From an uncultured Bacillales bacterium (GTDB taxonomy: Bacteria; Bacillota_I; Bacilli_A; RF39; UBA660): 64,000 nucleotides of DNA. The translations under genes were made by a program, and so were the position numbers. Shown here in pieces: positions 8,504 to 18,270 of the stretch; position 1 is the stretch's first letter; each line of letters starts with the position of its first letter. The notes below the pieces were generated by a model. It searched no databases. It saw only the letters and a list, made by a program, of their open reading frames with translations, and was not told the DNA's origin. The stretch lies in contig CANOYR010000003.1 of the NCBI GenBank assembly GCA_947571655.1, positions 3,408 to 67,407 of the forward strand, written 5' to 3'.

Positions 8504-9550
8504 ATGAAAAAGGGAATTCTTTTATTCGCTTTTTTTATTTTTTTTCAAAGTATGAATGTAATGGCTTTAGAAAGCAATTCTAAATGGAGAACATTGCAGC
8601 CAGAAGTGAACAAGAGTAGTAATCATATTCTAGAAAAGGAAATGGAAGTAAAGAAAAAGACAACGAAGGATGGTCTCCAATATAAAGAGTATACTATTAC
8701 TTATATCATTCCTGAAGATTATCAGGAAAATGAAATTCTTTTTGTTCCTATTCAGTATATGCAACAGGTTGTTTCTAGCGATGAGAAAGATCAATTTCAA
8801 ATTATTATTAAAAATCATACAGATAAGATTTTTCAATACAAAAATCAATCTTTAGTAATTGCAACAGAAAATTTGGATATGTATAGTGATGATGAATTAG
8901 GTCCATGGGTAGGAGAAGCGATTGGTTTTAATCAGGTAAAAATTAGAGAGGGTTTAGGATTTTATCGGACAATAAATAGTGCAATTTTGGACCTTTATCA
9001 AGAGATAAATCAAATTACAATCACAGAGTCTAGTTTGGAGGAGAAATTACAAGAAAAAGGCTATCATGGAATCTCAGAATTAAATCGTTATTATTTAGAC
9101 TTTTTTAATACAAAATATCATTTGACTGCTACTCAATTGGAAGATTTATCAGATTCTGCAATTTTGGATTTATTAAGTGGGAAATTAATTGAGGGAATGA
9201 AAGAGGAAAATAAGGAAATCTTAGAACTTGCTTATAATTATTATTATAATCAATTGTTTTTTATAGGATTTGATTTAAGTCAGAACCTTCATGATTTTAG
9301 TGTTGGTTCTTATATGAGAAAGGAAGCATCTTATGAATTTTTGAATGATTTATTTCAAGAACAGTTTACTACTATTTTTCCTAATCAGGAGGTTTCTATT
9401 GAAATGCCAAGTTTTTCTGTTAAGAAGATACCTAAAGAATCTATTTATGAAAATTATTATAGTGGAATTTATGTAGAGTTTACTCTTGAAGCAAATAATG
9501 AACAAGAGGGTATGATATATTCTATTCAAGATTCTCATTGGTACTGCTAA
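8504..9550 (+). CDS. Secreted hypothetical protein (signal peptide)
   Basis: The MKKGILLFAFFIFFQSMNVMALE signal peptide is followed by a D/E-rich extracytoplasmic domain with no recognised motif. The start is taken at the internal ATG after the RBS gaggagggc. Confidence 0.5.
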   Translation: MKKGILLFAFFIFFQSMNVMALESNSKWRTLQPEVNKSSNHILEKEMEVKKKTTKDGLQYKEYTITYIIPEDYQENEILFVPIQYMQQVVSSDEKDQFQIIIKNHTDKIFQYKNQSLVIATENLDMYSDDELGPWVGEAIGFNQVKIREGLGFYRTINSAILDLYQEINQITITESSLEEKLQEKGYHGISELNRYYLDFFNTKYHLTATQLEDLSDSAILDLLSGKLIEGMKEENKEILELAYNYYYNQLFFIGFDLSQNLHDFSVGSYMRKEASYEFLNDLFQEQFTTIFPNQEVSIEMPSFSVKKIPKESIYENYYSGIYVEFTLEANNEQEGMIYSIQDSHWYC

Positions 9551-9730
9551 AAATTGGAAAAGGCAGTTTCATGTTTTGTATAAAAAAGTAAAATAAGTTG
9601 TAATCGCTTTATTACATATTTTAAAAAGCAAGAAAAACATAAAGTTATATTTCAATATCGAAAGATATTTTGAGTTCTAATAGGAAATAAAAAAGTATAA
9701 ATTTTTTTTAGAAATTCAACATTATAATAA

Positions 9731-9752
9731 AAGAGAGCAAAGGCTCTCTTTA
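9731..9752. terminator. Bidirectional intrinsic terminator between convergent genes
   Basis: Hairpin AGAGAGC-aaag-GCTCTCT flanked by A-runs and T-runs. Confidence 0.5.
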
Positions 9753-9762
9753 TACATTCATA

Positions 9763-10380
9763 TTATAGTTTTCGATAAAGTCCGATTACTTTTCCTAGAA
9801 TAGTTACATTTGGTAGAATAATTGGTAGCATAAAGTCATTTTCAGGTTGTAAGCGAATATAGTCGTTTTCTTTATAAAAAGTTTTTACTGTTACTTCGAA
9901 TTCATCTGTCATCGCAACGACTGTGTCTCCATTATTTGCTGAGTTTTTTCGTTCTACTATAATGATATCTTTATCATAAATTCCAACATTAATCATTGAT
10001 TCTCCACTGACACGAAGGGCAAATACTTCTTTTTTTTGGGGAATTAAGTCAATGGGTACTGAAAAAAATTCATCTGGCATTTCGATTGCCTCGATTGGAT
10101 TTCCAGCTGTAACTTTTCCAAGTAGGGGAACTTCTATTGTTTTTTCATTTTCTGTTACATATTCATTGGGAACTAATAATTCAATCGTTCTGTTTTTAGA
10201 ATTATCCTTTTTAATATATCCTTTTTCTGCCAGTTTATTTAAATGAAATTGAGTGGTTGCAGGAGAAGATAATCCTACCATTTCTCCAAGTTCACGAACA
10301 GTAGGTGGGTATCCTTTTTTTGCTAAAATTTGTTTGAGTGCTTTTAAAATTTCTTCTTGACGTGTAGTTAATTTTTCCAT
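9763..10380 (-). CDS. lexA: LexA repressor
   Basis: N-terminal winged-helix region (PTVRELGEMVGLSSPATTQFHL). The C-terminal S24 peptidase domain carries the Ala-Gly cleavage site, the Ser nucleophile (VSGESM) and a Lys. Confidence 0.9.
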   Translation of the reverse strand: MEKLTTRQEEILKALKQILAKKGYPPTVRELGEMVGLSSPATTQFHLNKLAEKGYIKKDNSKNRTIELLVPNEYVTENEKTIEVPLLGKVTAGNPIEAIEMPDEFFSVPIDLIPQKKEVFALRVSGESMINVGIYDKDIIIVERKNSANNGDTVVAMTDEFEVTVKTFYKENDYIRLQPENDFMLPIILPNVTILGKVIGLYRKL

Positions 10381-10424
10381 TTATATCCTCCTTTTAAGTT
10401 CATAATATCATGGTCATTTCCTTT

Positions 10425-10457
10425 TGTCAAACAAATGTTTAAGAGAACTTTTGTTCT
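10425..10457 (-). promoter_or_regulatory. lexA promoter with two LexA (Cheo/SOS) boxes
   Basis: On the minus strand the promoter reads TTGACA, 17 nt, TATTAT, then RBS AAGGAGG. Box AGAACTTTTGTTCT (10444-10457) is a perfect GAAC-N4-GTTC. Box AAACAAATGTTT (10429-10440) overlaps the -35. Confidence 0.6.
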
Positions 10458-10572
10458 TATTTCAAAGATTTTAATTATTTTTTAAATTAATTGTTGATTT
10501 AGGAAAGAAAGTGAGAAAAGGTTTTTGCTAGTTGTTCATACATGTTATAATAAATATGGATAGGTGAAAAGA

Positions 10573-13185
10573 ATGAAAAAAGTAATTTTGGTCGACGGAA
10601 ATAATTTATTATTTCGAAGTTATTTTGCTACAAGTTATAGTGGAAATATTATGAGGAATTCAAAAGGTTTTCCAACAAATGCAGTCTATGGGTTTATTAA
10701 TATGATTAATAAGATTATTAATGAAGAAAAACCAGAATATATGATGATTGCCTTTGATAAGGGTAAAACTTTTCGGCATGAGAAGTTTCAAGAATATAAG
10801 GGTGGGAGAAATGAAACACCAGATGATTTAAAACAACAATTTCCAGTTGCCAAACAAATTTGTGAAGCTATGGGAATTCATTATTTTGAAATTGACAATT
10901 ATGAAGCAGATGATATTATTGGAACTTTTGCGAAAAAGATAGAAGAAAATCCTGAATTTAATGCTACGATTATTAGTAGTGATAAGGATTTATTGCAGTT
11001 AATTAGTGATGAAATTGATGTGAAGTTATTAAAACAAACTGGTTTTATTCGAATGGATCGAAAGTTATTTCAGGAAACATATGGAGTAGAGCCGATTGGG
11101 ATGATTGATTTAAAGGCCTTAATGGGAGATTCTAGTGATAATATTCCTGGAGTTAAGGGAATTGGTGAAAAGACAGCAATTCAATTGCTTAGTCAGTATC
11201 AAACATTAGATAATTTATATGATCATATTGATGAGATTAAGGGGAAAACAAAAGAAAAGTTGTTGATTGATAAAGAAAATGCATATATGAGTAAAGAAAT
11301 TGCGACGATTTATCGAGAGGTTCCCATTGATACAGAGTTAGAACATATTCGTTATATTGGAATTGATGCTTTAGAATATGTGAAGTTATTAGAAGAGTTA
11401 GAATTTTTCTCGTTAATTAAAAAATTGGATATTCAAGAGGAAGTTCTTCGACAAAACCAAAAAGAAGAAGTGGAGGTTTCTATTGCTACTACTTTGGATG
11501 GATTGAAACTTCCAGAAAAATATGCGCTTTATTTGGAGGTTTTGGGAGAGAATTATCATAAGGCTTTAGCAATTGGTGTTGGAATTTATGGAGAAGGGGT
11601 TAGTCTTTATATACCATTTGAACTTTTAAAAGAAAAACCCGATATTTTTTTAGGAAGCGAAGAGAAATATACCTATGATTTAAAGAAACTCTGGTATGTA
11701 TTTAAGCGTGAGGGATTTCATCTTTGTCATTGTAATTTTGATACCATGATTGCAGGCTACCTTTTAAATTATCCAATTAAAGATGATATTGCCCATTTGG
11801 CTAGAGTCCATGATTATCGTATTCCTTTTTATGAAGAAATTTATGGAAAGAGAGAAAAGGAAAAATTGCCAGAATTAGAAGTTGTTGCGAGGCATACGAT
11901 TGAGAAGGCACGTTATATTTATGAGACCAAAGATCGCTTACTTCAAGAATTAGATCAGGAGGGGGCATTATTATTATTTCAGAATATTGAAATGCCTCTT
12001 GTAGAAGTATTATGTGATATGGAACAAACGGGGGTTCGTGTAGATTGCGAATATCTAAATCAGATGGGTGTAGATCTTGATCAAAGAATTCATATCTTAG
12101 AAAAGGAAATTTATGATATTTCAGGAGAGACATTTAATATTTCTTCTCCTAAGCAATTAGGAATTGTTCTTTTTGAGAAGTTAGGAATTCCTTATCCTAA
12201 AAAGATAAAGGGTGGTAGTTATTCTACAAGTAAAGATATTTTAGATAAGCTTAGTCCTAATTATCCAATTATTCAAAAAATTTTGGACTATCGGATGCTT
12301 ACGAAATTAAAAGCTACTTATATTACAGGATTACTGGCAGAAGTATTAGAAGATGGGAAAATTCATACAATATTTAATCAGACGTTAACTAGAACAGGAA
12401 GACTTTCTAGTATTTCTCCTAATCTACAGAATATTCCGATTCGGACTGAAGAAGGAAGGCTCATTCGAAAGGCTTTTATTCCAGAAGAAAATAGTATAAT
12501 ATTATCTAGTGATTATTCGCAAATTGAGCTTCGAATTTTTGCATCTTTAGCGAATGTTGATAATTTAATAAAGGCTTTTAGAGAAAATAAAGATATTCAT
12601 GCGAAAACGGCTTCTGATATTTTTCATGTTCCATTAGAGGAAGTTACAAAGGATATGAGAAGAACAGCAAAAGCGGTAAATTTTGGGATTCTTTATGGAA
12701 TTAGTAGTTTCGGTCTTTCTGAAGACTTAGGAATTGATATTATTAGTGCGAAAGAGTTTATTGATGGATATTTGGATACTTATCCAGAAATCAAAAAGTA
12801 TATGGATGAAGTAGTAAGAATAGCCTATGATAAGGGCTATGTGAAAACGATTATGAATCGAAAACGAACGATTGATGAGTTGAAAAGTAAAGTATATTTG
12901 GTTCGTACGCAAGGGGAAAGAATGGCTTTAAATACGCCAATTCAGGGAAGTAGTGCCGATATTTTGAAGAAGGCTATGATTGAGATATATCAAGAGTTTC
13001 ATGAAAAGCAACTAAAGAGTAAAATGTTAGTTCAAGTACACGATGAATTGGTATTTAATGTTGTATTAGAAGAACAAGAGGTCGTTACTGAAATTGTAAA
13101 AAGAGTAATGGAGAATACTTATCAATTAAATGTTCCACTAGTAGTAGATATTGAAACTGGAAAGAATTGGTACGAAGCAAAATAA
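10573..13185 (+). CDS. polA: DNA polymerase I
   Basis: 5-prime nuclease domain (DGNNLLFRSYFA), then a 3-prime-5-prime exo-like domain. The polymerase motifs are motif A DYSQIELR, motif B RRTAKAVNFGILYG and motif C VHDE. Its own extended -10 is TGTTATAAT at 10536-10544. Confidence 0.9.
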   Translation: MKKVILVDGNNLLFRSYFATSYSGNIMRNSKGFPTNAVYGFINMINKIINEEKPEYMMIAFDKGKTFRHEKFQEYKGGRNETPDDLKQQFPVAKQICEAMGIHYFEIDNYEADDIIGTFAKKIEENPEFNATIISSDKDLLQLISDEIDVKLLKQTGFIRMDRKLFQETYGVEPIGMIDLKALMGDSSDNIPGVKGIGEKTAIQLLSQYQTLDNLYDHIDEIKGKTKEKLLIDKENAYMSKEIATIYREVPIDTELEHIRYIGIDALEYVKLLEELEFFSLIKKLDIQEEVLRQNQKEEVEVSIATTLDGLKLPEKYALYLEVLGENYHKALAIGVGIYGEGVSLYIPFELLKEKPDIFLGSEEKYTYDLKKLWYVFKREGFHLCHCNFDTMIAGYLLNYPIKDDIAHLARVHDYRIPFYEEIYGKREKEKLPELEVVARHTIEKARYIYETKDRLLQELDQEGALLLFQNIEMPLVEVLCDMEQTGVRVDCEYLNQMGVDLDQRIHILEKEIYDISGETFNISSPKQLGIVLFEKLGIPYPKKIKGGSYSTSKDILDKLSPNYPIIQKILDYRMLTKLKATYITGLLAEVLEDGKIHTIFNQTLTRTGRLSSISPNLQNIPIRTEEGRLIRKAFIPEENSIILSSDYSQIELRIFASLANVDNLIKAFRENKDIHAKTASDIFHVPLEEVTKDMRRTAKAVNFGILYGISSFGLSEDLGIDIISAKEFIDGYLDTYPEIKKYMDEVVRIAYDKGYVKTIMNRKRTIDELKSKVYLVRTQGERMALNTPIQGSSADILKKAMIEIYQEFHEKQLKSKMLVQVHDELVFNVVLEEQEVVTEIVKRVMENTYQLNVPLVVDIETGKNWYEAK

Positions 13186-13462
13186 TTTTTTTGTAAAAAG
13201 TGAGATCTTTTGATATAATAAGTCAGAAAGAAAAGAGCCATATTATATGGAAGTTACTTATGAAATTTATAAAATGTATCAAGAGTTTTAAGAGGTAAAA
13301 GTAAGAAAAAGTAAGAGAATTTTTGGAATAGGTTGCAGCACAAGAAAAATATCAAGATGTTGGGGAAGATACAATGGATTAAATAATAATTGGTCAAGTA
13401 AATGTTTCTGTAGAAAATAAAGAAAAAGTCTATCATATTTAAGAATAAGGAGTGTTAGTGAT

Positions 13463-14299
13463 ATGCCAGAAAAGCCAGAAGTAATAACAGTTGCTCGAAA
13501 ACTGAAGAATCATTTAGTCGGAAGAGAATTTAAAAATGTTGAGATTTTTCATAACAACATTATTGCATATCCTACAGTAAAAGAATTTAAAGAAAAGATA
13601 AAAAATAAGAAAGTAGTTGACATAACAACTAGAGGAAAGTGGATTGTATTTGACTTAGGAGAGGATTATTTATTAGTGCATCTTAGAATGGAAGGAAAAT
13701 TCTTTTATCGTAGTCCTAAGGATGTCCGTGAAAAGCATGAACATGTCATTTTCACTTTAGATAATGGAGAACAGCTTCGATATCATGATGTTCGTAAATT
13801 TGGAAAAATGGTTTTCATTTCTAAAGAAGAGGCTCCTAGTCATAAGCCATTTTCAGAACTTGGATTAGAGTTCTGGGATTCTAACCTTACAGATTCTTAT
13901 TTAAAAGATCATTTTCAAAAAAAATCACTTCCAATTAAGAGTGCTTTACTTGATCAATCCATTATTACAGGAATTGGCAACATCTATGCAGATGAAATTT
14001 TATATTTATCACATATTTCTCCCTTATGTTCTGCGAACCAGCTAACTAAAAAGAACCGTAGTGATATTATTCTTTATACAAGAGAAGTATTAAATGAAGC
14101 GATCGAAGCAGGTGGAACTACGATTCGAAGTTATACTTCAGAAGAGGGAATTCATGGACTTTTCCAACAACAATTAAAAGTTCATGGAAAAAAGGGAGAA
14201 CCTTGTCCTACCTGTGGAGAAAATATTTTAAAAATTCAAATTGGGGGAAGAGGAACTTATTATTGTTCAAACTGTCAAAAGAAAAAAATGGATAAATGA
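13463..14299 (+). CDS. mutM: Formamidopyrimidine-DNA glycosylase
   Basis: N-terminal MPEKPEV carries the catalytic Pro2/Glu3. The C-terminal zinc finger is CPTCG...CSNC. The polA-mutM synteny is conserved. Confidence 0.85.
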   Translation: MPEKPEVITVARKLKNHLVGREFKNVEIFHNNIIAYPTVKEFKEKIKNKKVVDITTRGKWIVFDLGEDYLLVHLRMEGKFFYRSPKDVREKHEHVIFTLDNGEQLRYHDVRKFGKMVFISKEEAPSHKPFSELGLEFWDSNLTDSYLKDHFQKKSLPIKSALLDQSIITGIGNIYADEILYLSHISPLCSANQLTKKNRSDIILYTREVLNEAIEAGGTTIRSYTSEEGIHGLFQQQLKVHGKKGEPCPTCGENILKIQIGGRGTYYCSNCQKKKMDK

Positions 14300-14375
14300 G
14301 TTTTTTATCTTTTTTTATTGTAAAAATTTATTTTTCATGATATTATGAGAATCGTGTTTAAAAAGGAGTGAAAAA

Positions 14376-15782
14376 ATGAAAAAGACAAAAATTATTTGTA
14401 GTATTGGACCTGCTACACAAACTTGGGAAAAATTCAAAGGATTGGTAGAAGCAGGAATGAATGTGGTTCGTATTAATTTTTCTCATGCGACGATGGAAGA
14501 GAGGAAATTAGATGAAAGTTTAGTAGAAAGGGCTAGAAAAGAGTTAGGTGCTAATCTTGCGATTCTTTATGATACTAAGGGACCAGATTTAAGAACTTGT
14601 GAGTTTGAAAATGATAAAATTGAGCTTGTTGCAGGAAAAACTATTCGAATTGTAGAGGAAGATGTGATTGGGAATAGTGAAAGAATTTCTTTAAATTATA
14701 AGGGTATTTTAAAGGATATAGAAATTGGTGGAACGATTTTAATTGATGATGGATTTTATAAATTGGTAGTGGTTTCTAAAGAAAAGGATGGATTAACTTG
14801 CGAAATTAAAAATTCAGGAATCATTAAAAGTAAACGTGGGGTTTGTATTCCAGGTATTAAATTAGATGTTCCTTATATTTCAGAAAAGGATGAAGAGGAT
14901 ATCAAATATGCTTGTGATATGGATGGAGATTATTTGGCAATTTCATTTGTTAATAGTAAAGAAGATGTAGAAGCAGTTCGAAATTTGTGTAAGAAGTTTG
15001 GTAAGCCTAATATGCCGATTGTTTCAAAAGTAGAAACTCAATATGCAATGGATAATTTGGAAGAAATTGTTGAGGCTTCTGATTATATTATGGTTGCTCG
15101 TGGAGATTTAGGAATTGAAACAGGGGTTGAGAATTTACCATTATATCAGCAGATGATGATTGATGCTTGTCATGCGAGTGGAAAAGGGGTTATTATGGCA
15201 ACTCAAATGATGTATAGCATGAAGACAAATATTCGTCCAACTAATGCAGAAGTTACAGATGTTTCTAATGCTGTTTTGGCAGGATGTGATGCGATTATGA
15301 CAAGTGATGAAACTACTATGGGAAATTATCCAGTAGAAACGATTGAAATGATGTCTTCTATTTGTAAGAATGTAGAAAAAATTACAAAATATAATTTAAG
15401 TGATTATCAGTTAAAAGGAACTGCGATTCATAATACAATTGCAAAATGTGTTGTAGAAGCTACTACAAATTTACCAATCAAAGCTGTGGTTGTATCTACC
15501 CTAACAGGAGCAACGGCATTGGATGTTTCTTCTTTAAGACCAGATTCTGTAATTGTAGCGACTGTAACAGATGAAAAGGTGGCACGAACTTTGGCACTAA
15601 AATGGGGAGTTTATACGAAAATTGTTCCTGTATATCATACGACAGATGAGATAGTGGATGCTGGAATTACTGCTGCAAAAGAGGTTCTTCATTTGGAAAA
15701 AGGAGATGTAATTGCGATTATTGGTGGTTTTCCAACCACAGCTCATACCAATTTCTTAAAAATTGAGCAAATTGAATCATAG
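14376..15782 (+). CDS. pyk: Pyruvate kinase
   Basis: MKKTKIICSIGPA...NFSHA, the MVARGDLG motif and the C-terminal regulatory domain are present. Confidence 0.9.
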   Translation: MKKTKIICSIGPATQTWEKFKGLVEAGMNVVRINFSHATMEERKLDESLVERARKELGANLAILYDTKGPDLRTCEFENDKIELVAGKTIRIVEEDVIGNSERISLNYKGILKDIEIGGTILIDDGFYKLVVVSKEKDGLTCEIKNSGIIKSKRGVCIPGIKLDVPYISEKDEEDIKYACDMDGDYLAISFVNSKEDVEAVRNLCKKFGKPNMPIVSKVETQYAMDNLEEIVEASDYIMVARGDLGIETGVENLPLYQQMMIDACHASGKGVIMATQMMYSMKTNIRPTNAEVTDVSNAVLAGCDAIMTSDETTMGNYPVETIEMMSSICKNVEKITKYNLSDYQLKGTAIHNTIAKCVVEATTNLPIKAVVVSTLTGATALDVSSLRPDSVIVATVTDEKVARTLALKWGVYTKIVPVYHTTDEIVDAGITAAKEVLHLEKGDVIAIIGGFPTTAHTNFLKIEQIES

Positions 15783-15894
15783 GAAATTTATAAATTGTAA
15801 AATGTTTTCTAGTTGGAAGACATTTTCTTTTTTTATTGTGGTTCTTTTGTCCGATTTTTTATTTGGGTGGTATAATGTAAATAGGTGATGTATC

Positions 15895-18270
15895 ATGGAT
15901 ATTTTAAATGAATTAAAAAAATCTACTCTGCTTATTACAACAAATAAAATTAAAAATCAGATATTAAAGGAAATGTCCAGTACCAAAAGAATGATTCCAG
16001 TCAAATTTATGACATTAGAAGAGTTCTTTAATCATTACTTTTTTCAAGTAAAAAAAGAAGCTTATTTTTATTTGAAAAATAAGGAACAAAAGAAGATTTC
16101 TATTTTAGAAGAAGAAATTAAGTGTCTTCCCTATTTAATAAATTCTAATTATAAAAGTGAGAAATTGAATCACTTAAAGACTATTTTAGAAGATTTAGAA
16201 AGAGAGGATTTCTTAAAAAAGAATCCTTTTTTTCCTTCTTATTTAGAAACTGTAGAGATTATAGTTTATGGCTATCATTTAGATTCTTTTTGTCAAACGT
16301 TATTTTCGAATCTTTCTGCTAGAGTCATTGAATTTTCTAAGGAATCAAAAAAACACTATGTAGTTTATAAGTTTCATGATATTGAAGAAGAGATTAGTTA
16401 TGTAGGGGGAGAAATTTTAAAAAAAATTCAGTCGGGTGTTTCTATTGATCAAATAAAAATTCTTTCTTTGCCTGATGAATATCGAAATCCTCTTCGACGT
16501 ATTTTTAAGTTACTTCATCTTCCAGTAGGAATTGAGGAGGATACTAAGCTTTATGAAACTGTTTTGGGACAGAAGACATTAAAATATCTCGAGGATTCTA
16601 AATCTTTAGAAGAGGTAATTGAAAGAGTGAGAAATGAGTTTTCTGATATTGCAGAAGTAAACATTCTTATTGATTTATTGAATGATTATACGTGGTATGT
16701 TGGTAATCCAGTGGATTTAAGAGAATTGATCGAGAATGATTTAAAAAAGAAAAGTTTATTAAAAGAATGTTGGACGAATAGAATTGAATGTGTTTCTAAG
16801 GAAGAAATTGAAATAGAAAAGGAGTATTTTCTTCTTGGTTTTAATCAAGAAAATATTCCAAAAATTTATCAGGATAATGATTTTCTTTCAGATGAAGAAA
16901 AAAGAGAGCTAGGTCTTTTTACAAGTGATGAAAAAAATAAATTAGAACGTGAAGATTGGAAAAATCTAATTTTCAAACTTCCTCGATTGACGATTACTTA
17001 TAAAGAAAAAAGTGCTTTTGGTCGTTGGAATCCATCTTTACTTATTGAAAAAATGGAGTTTGAAAAGGTAGAAATGTATTCTAGTTATCAAAATTCTAAT
17101 TTATATAATGAAGTATTACTTGCGAAATATTTGGACAAGTTAAATAAATATGGGGTGATAGAGGGAAATCTTTCTAAATTGTATTATACCTATCCAAATC
17201 ACTTATATATGACTTATAATAATCAGTTTAAAGGCCTTGAAAGAAATGCGTTTTATCATTATCTTGATCATAAGTTAGTACTTTCTTATTCTAGTATTGA
17301 TAACTTTTATAAATGTAGTTTTCGGTATTATTTATCTAATATTTTAAAAATTGATCCTTTTAAGAGTAATTTTTTTACCGTGATTGGGGATATTTTTCAT
17401 CATGTATTAGAGCATTTTCTAGATTCAGATTTTGATTTTTCAAAGTTTTTTGAGGAGGAATTGGGAAAATATTCTTTTAAGGAGAGTGAGAAAGCTTTTT
17501 TAAATCATTTAAGAGAAGAACTTATTTTTGATATTCATGTATTAAAAAGTCAAAGGGAGTATACGACCTTTCAAACGGAGTTTCATGAAGAAAAATTTTA
17601 TCTTCCTATCGCAAAGGATAATTATTTAGAAACTATTTTTATGGGAATTGTCGACAAAATTATGATTTTAGAAGGAAGTCAAGAAACTTATTTGGCAATC
17701 GTTGATTATAAAACGGGATCTCTTCCAGATAATTTAAATAATACTATTTATGGAATAGGAATGCAGTTACCAGTTTATTTGTATTTGATTAATCGAAGTA
17801 ATAGATTTCCTTCTCCTAAAGTTGTAGGAATATTTTTACAAAAGGTTATCAATAAAGAAATTAAAAGAAATACCAAGAAAGATTATCAGGAGGAAAAGAA
17901 AAATCATCTAAAATTGGTTGGTTTTTGTTTAGAGGAAGAAGAATTATTAAGAAAATTGGATATTTCTTATGAGAATAGTGTTTTGATTAAAAGTTTAAAA
18001 AAAGGTAGCAATGGATTTTATAGATATTCAAGAGTACTTAGTGAAGAGAAATTTCAAAAATTAGAACAAATTGTTCATACAAAAGTAGAGGAAGCAGATA
18101 TGAAAATTAGAAATGCTGATTTTAGAATTAATCCAAAAAGAATTGGGAAAGACTTGATAGGATGTGAATTTTGTAAATATAAAGATATTTGTTTTCGAAG
18201 GGAAGAGGATATTATTTCTCTTAAAGAATATAAAAATTTAGAATTTTTAGGGGGTGAAGATGATGCCTAG
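15895..18270 (+). CDS. addB: AddB/RexB-type helicase-nuclease subunit B (compact, no Walker A)
   Basis: C-terminal RecB-like nuclease motif (IVDYKTG) and a Cys cluster GCEFCKYKDIC (Fe-S). It lies directly upstream of and overlapping addA. At 791 aa it is short, with no N-terminal P-loop. Confidence 0.65.
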   Translation: MDILNELKKSTLLITTNKIKNQILKEMSSTKRMIPVKFMTLEEFFNHYFFQVKKEAYFYLKNKEQKKISILEEEIKCLPYLINSNYKSEKLNHLKTILEDLEREDFLKKNPFFPSYLETVEIIVYGYHLDSFCQTLFSNLSARVIEFSKESKKHYVVYKFHDIEEEISYVGGEILKKIQSGVSIDQIKILSLPDEYRNPLRRIFKLLHLPVGIEEDTKLYETVLGQKTLKYLEDSKSLEEVIERVRNEFSDIAEVNILIDLLNDYTWYVGNPVDLRELIENDLKKKSLLKECWTNRIECVSKEEIEIEKEYFLLGFNQENIPKIYQDNDFLSDEEKRELGLFTSDEKNKLEREDWKNLIFKLPRLTITYKEKSAFGRWNPSLLIEKMEFEKVEMYSSYQNSNLYNEVLLAKYLDKLNKYGVIEGNLSKLYYTYPNHLYMTYNNQFKGLERNAFYHYLDHKLVLSYSSIDNFYKCSFRYYLSNILKIDPFKSNFFTVIGDIFHHVLEHFLDSDFDFSKFFEEELGKYSFKESEKAFLNHLREELIFDIHVLKSQREYTTFQTEFHEEKFYLPIAKDNYLETIFMGIVDKIMILEGSQETYLAIVDYKTGSLPDNLNNTIYGIGMQLPVYLYLINRSNRFPSPKVVGIFLQKVINKEIKRNTKKDYQEEKKNHLKLVGFCLEEEELLRKLDISYENSVLIKSLKKGSNGFYRYSRVLSEEKFQKLEQIVHTKVEEADMKIRNADFRINPKRIGKDLIGCEFCKYKDICFRREEDIISLKEYKNLEFLGGEDDA

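Noticed and set aside
11801-12133. 110-aa minus-strand ORF inside polA (and similar antisense ORFs at 244-435, 1032-1256, 6298-6492, 6915-7115, 8630-8855, 12727-12912, 21710-21958, 25506-25703, 28703-29302, 31331-31528, 36673-36858, 38818-39206, 41653-41952, 43734-43949, 44850-45038, 54113-54678, 58729-59093, 60496-60684, 61339-61557)
   Set aside because: Each lies fully inside a well-supported gene on the opposite strand or in another frame. The AT-rich sequence yields long spurious ORFs with low-complexity, I/F/L/K-rich translations.
13186-13462. Possible small ORFs or a regulatory RNA in the polA-mutM spacer (including the 60-aa minus ORF 13254-13436)
   Set aside because: Only 14-codon and low-complexity ORFs occur, with no RBS. 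The region is more likely the mutM promoter.
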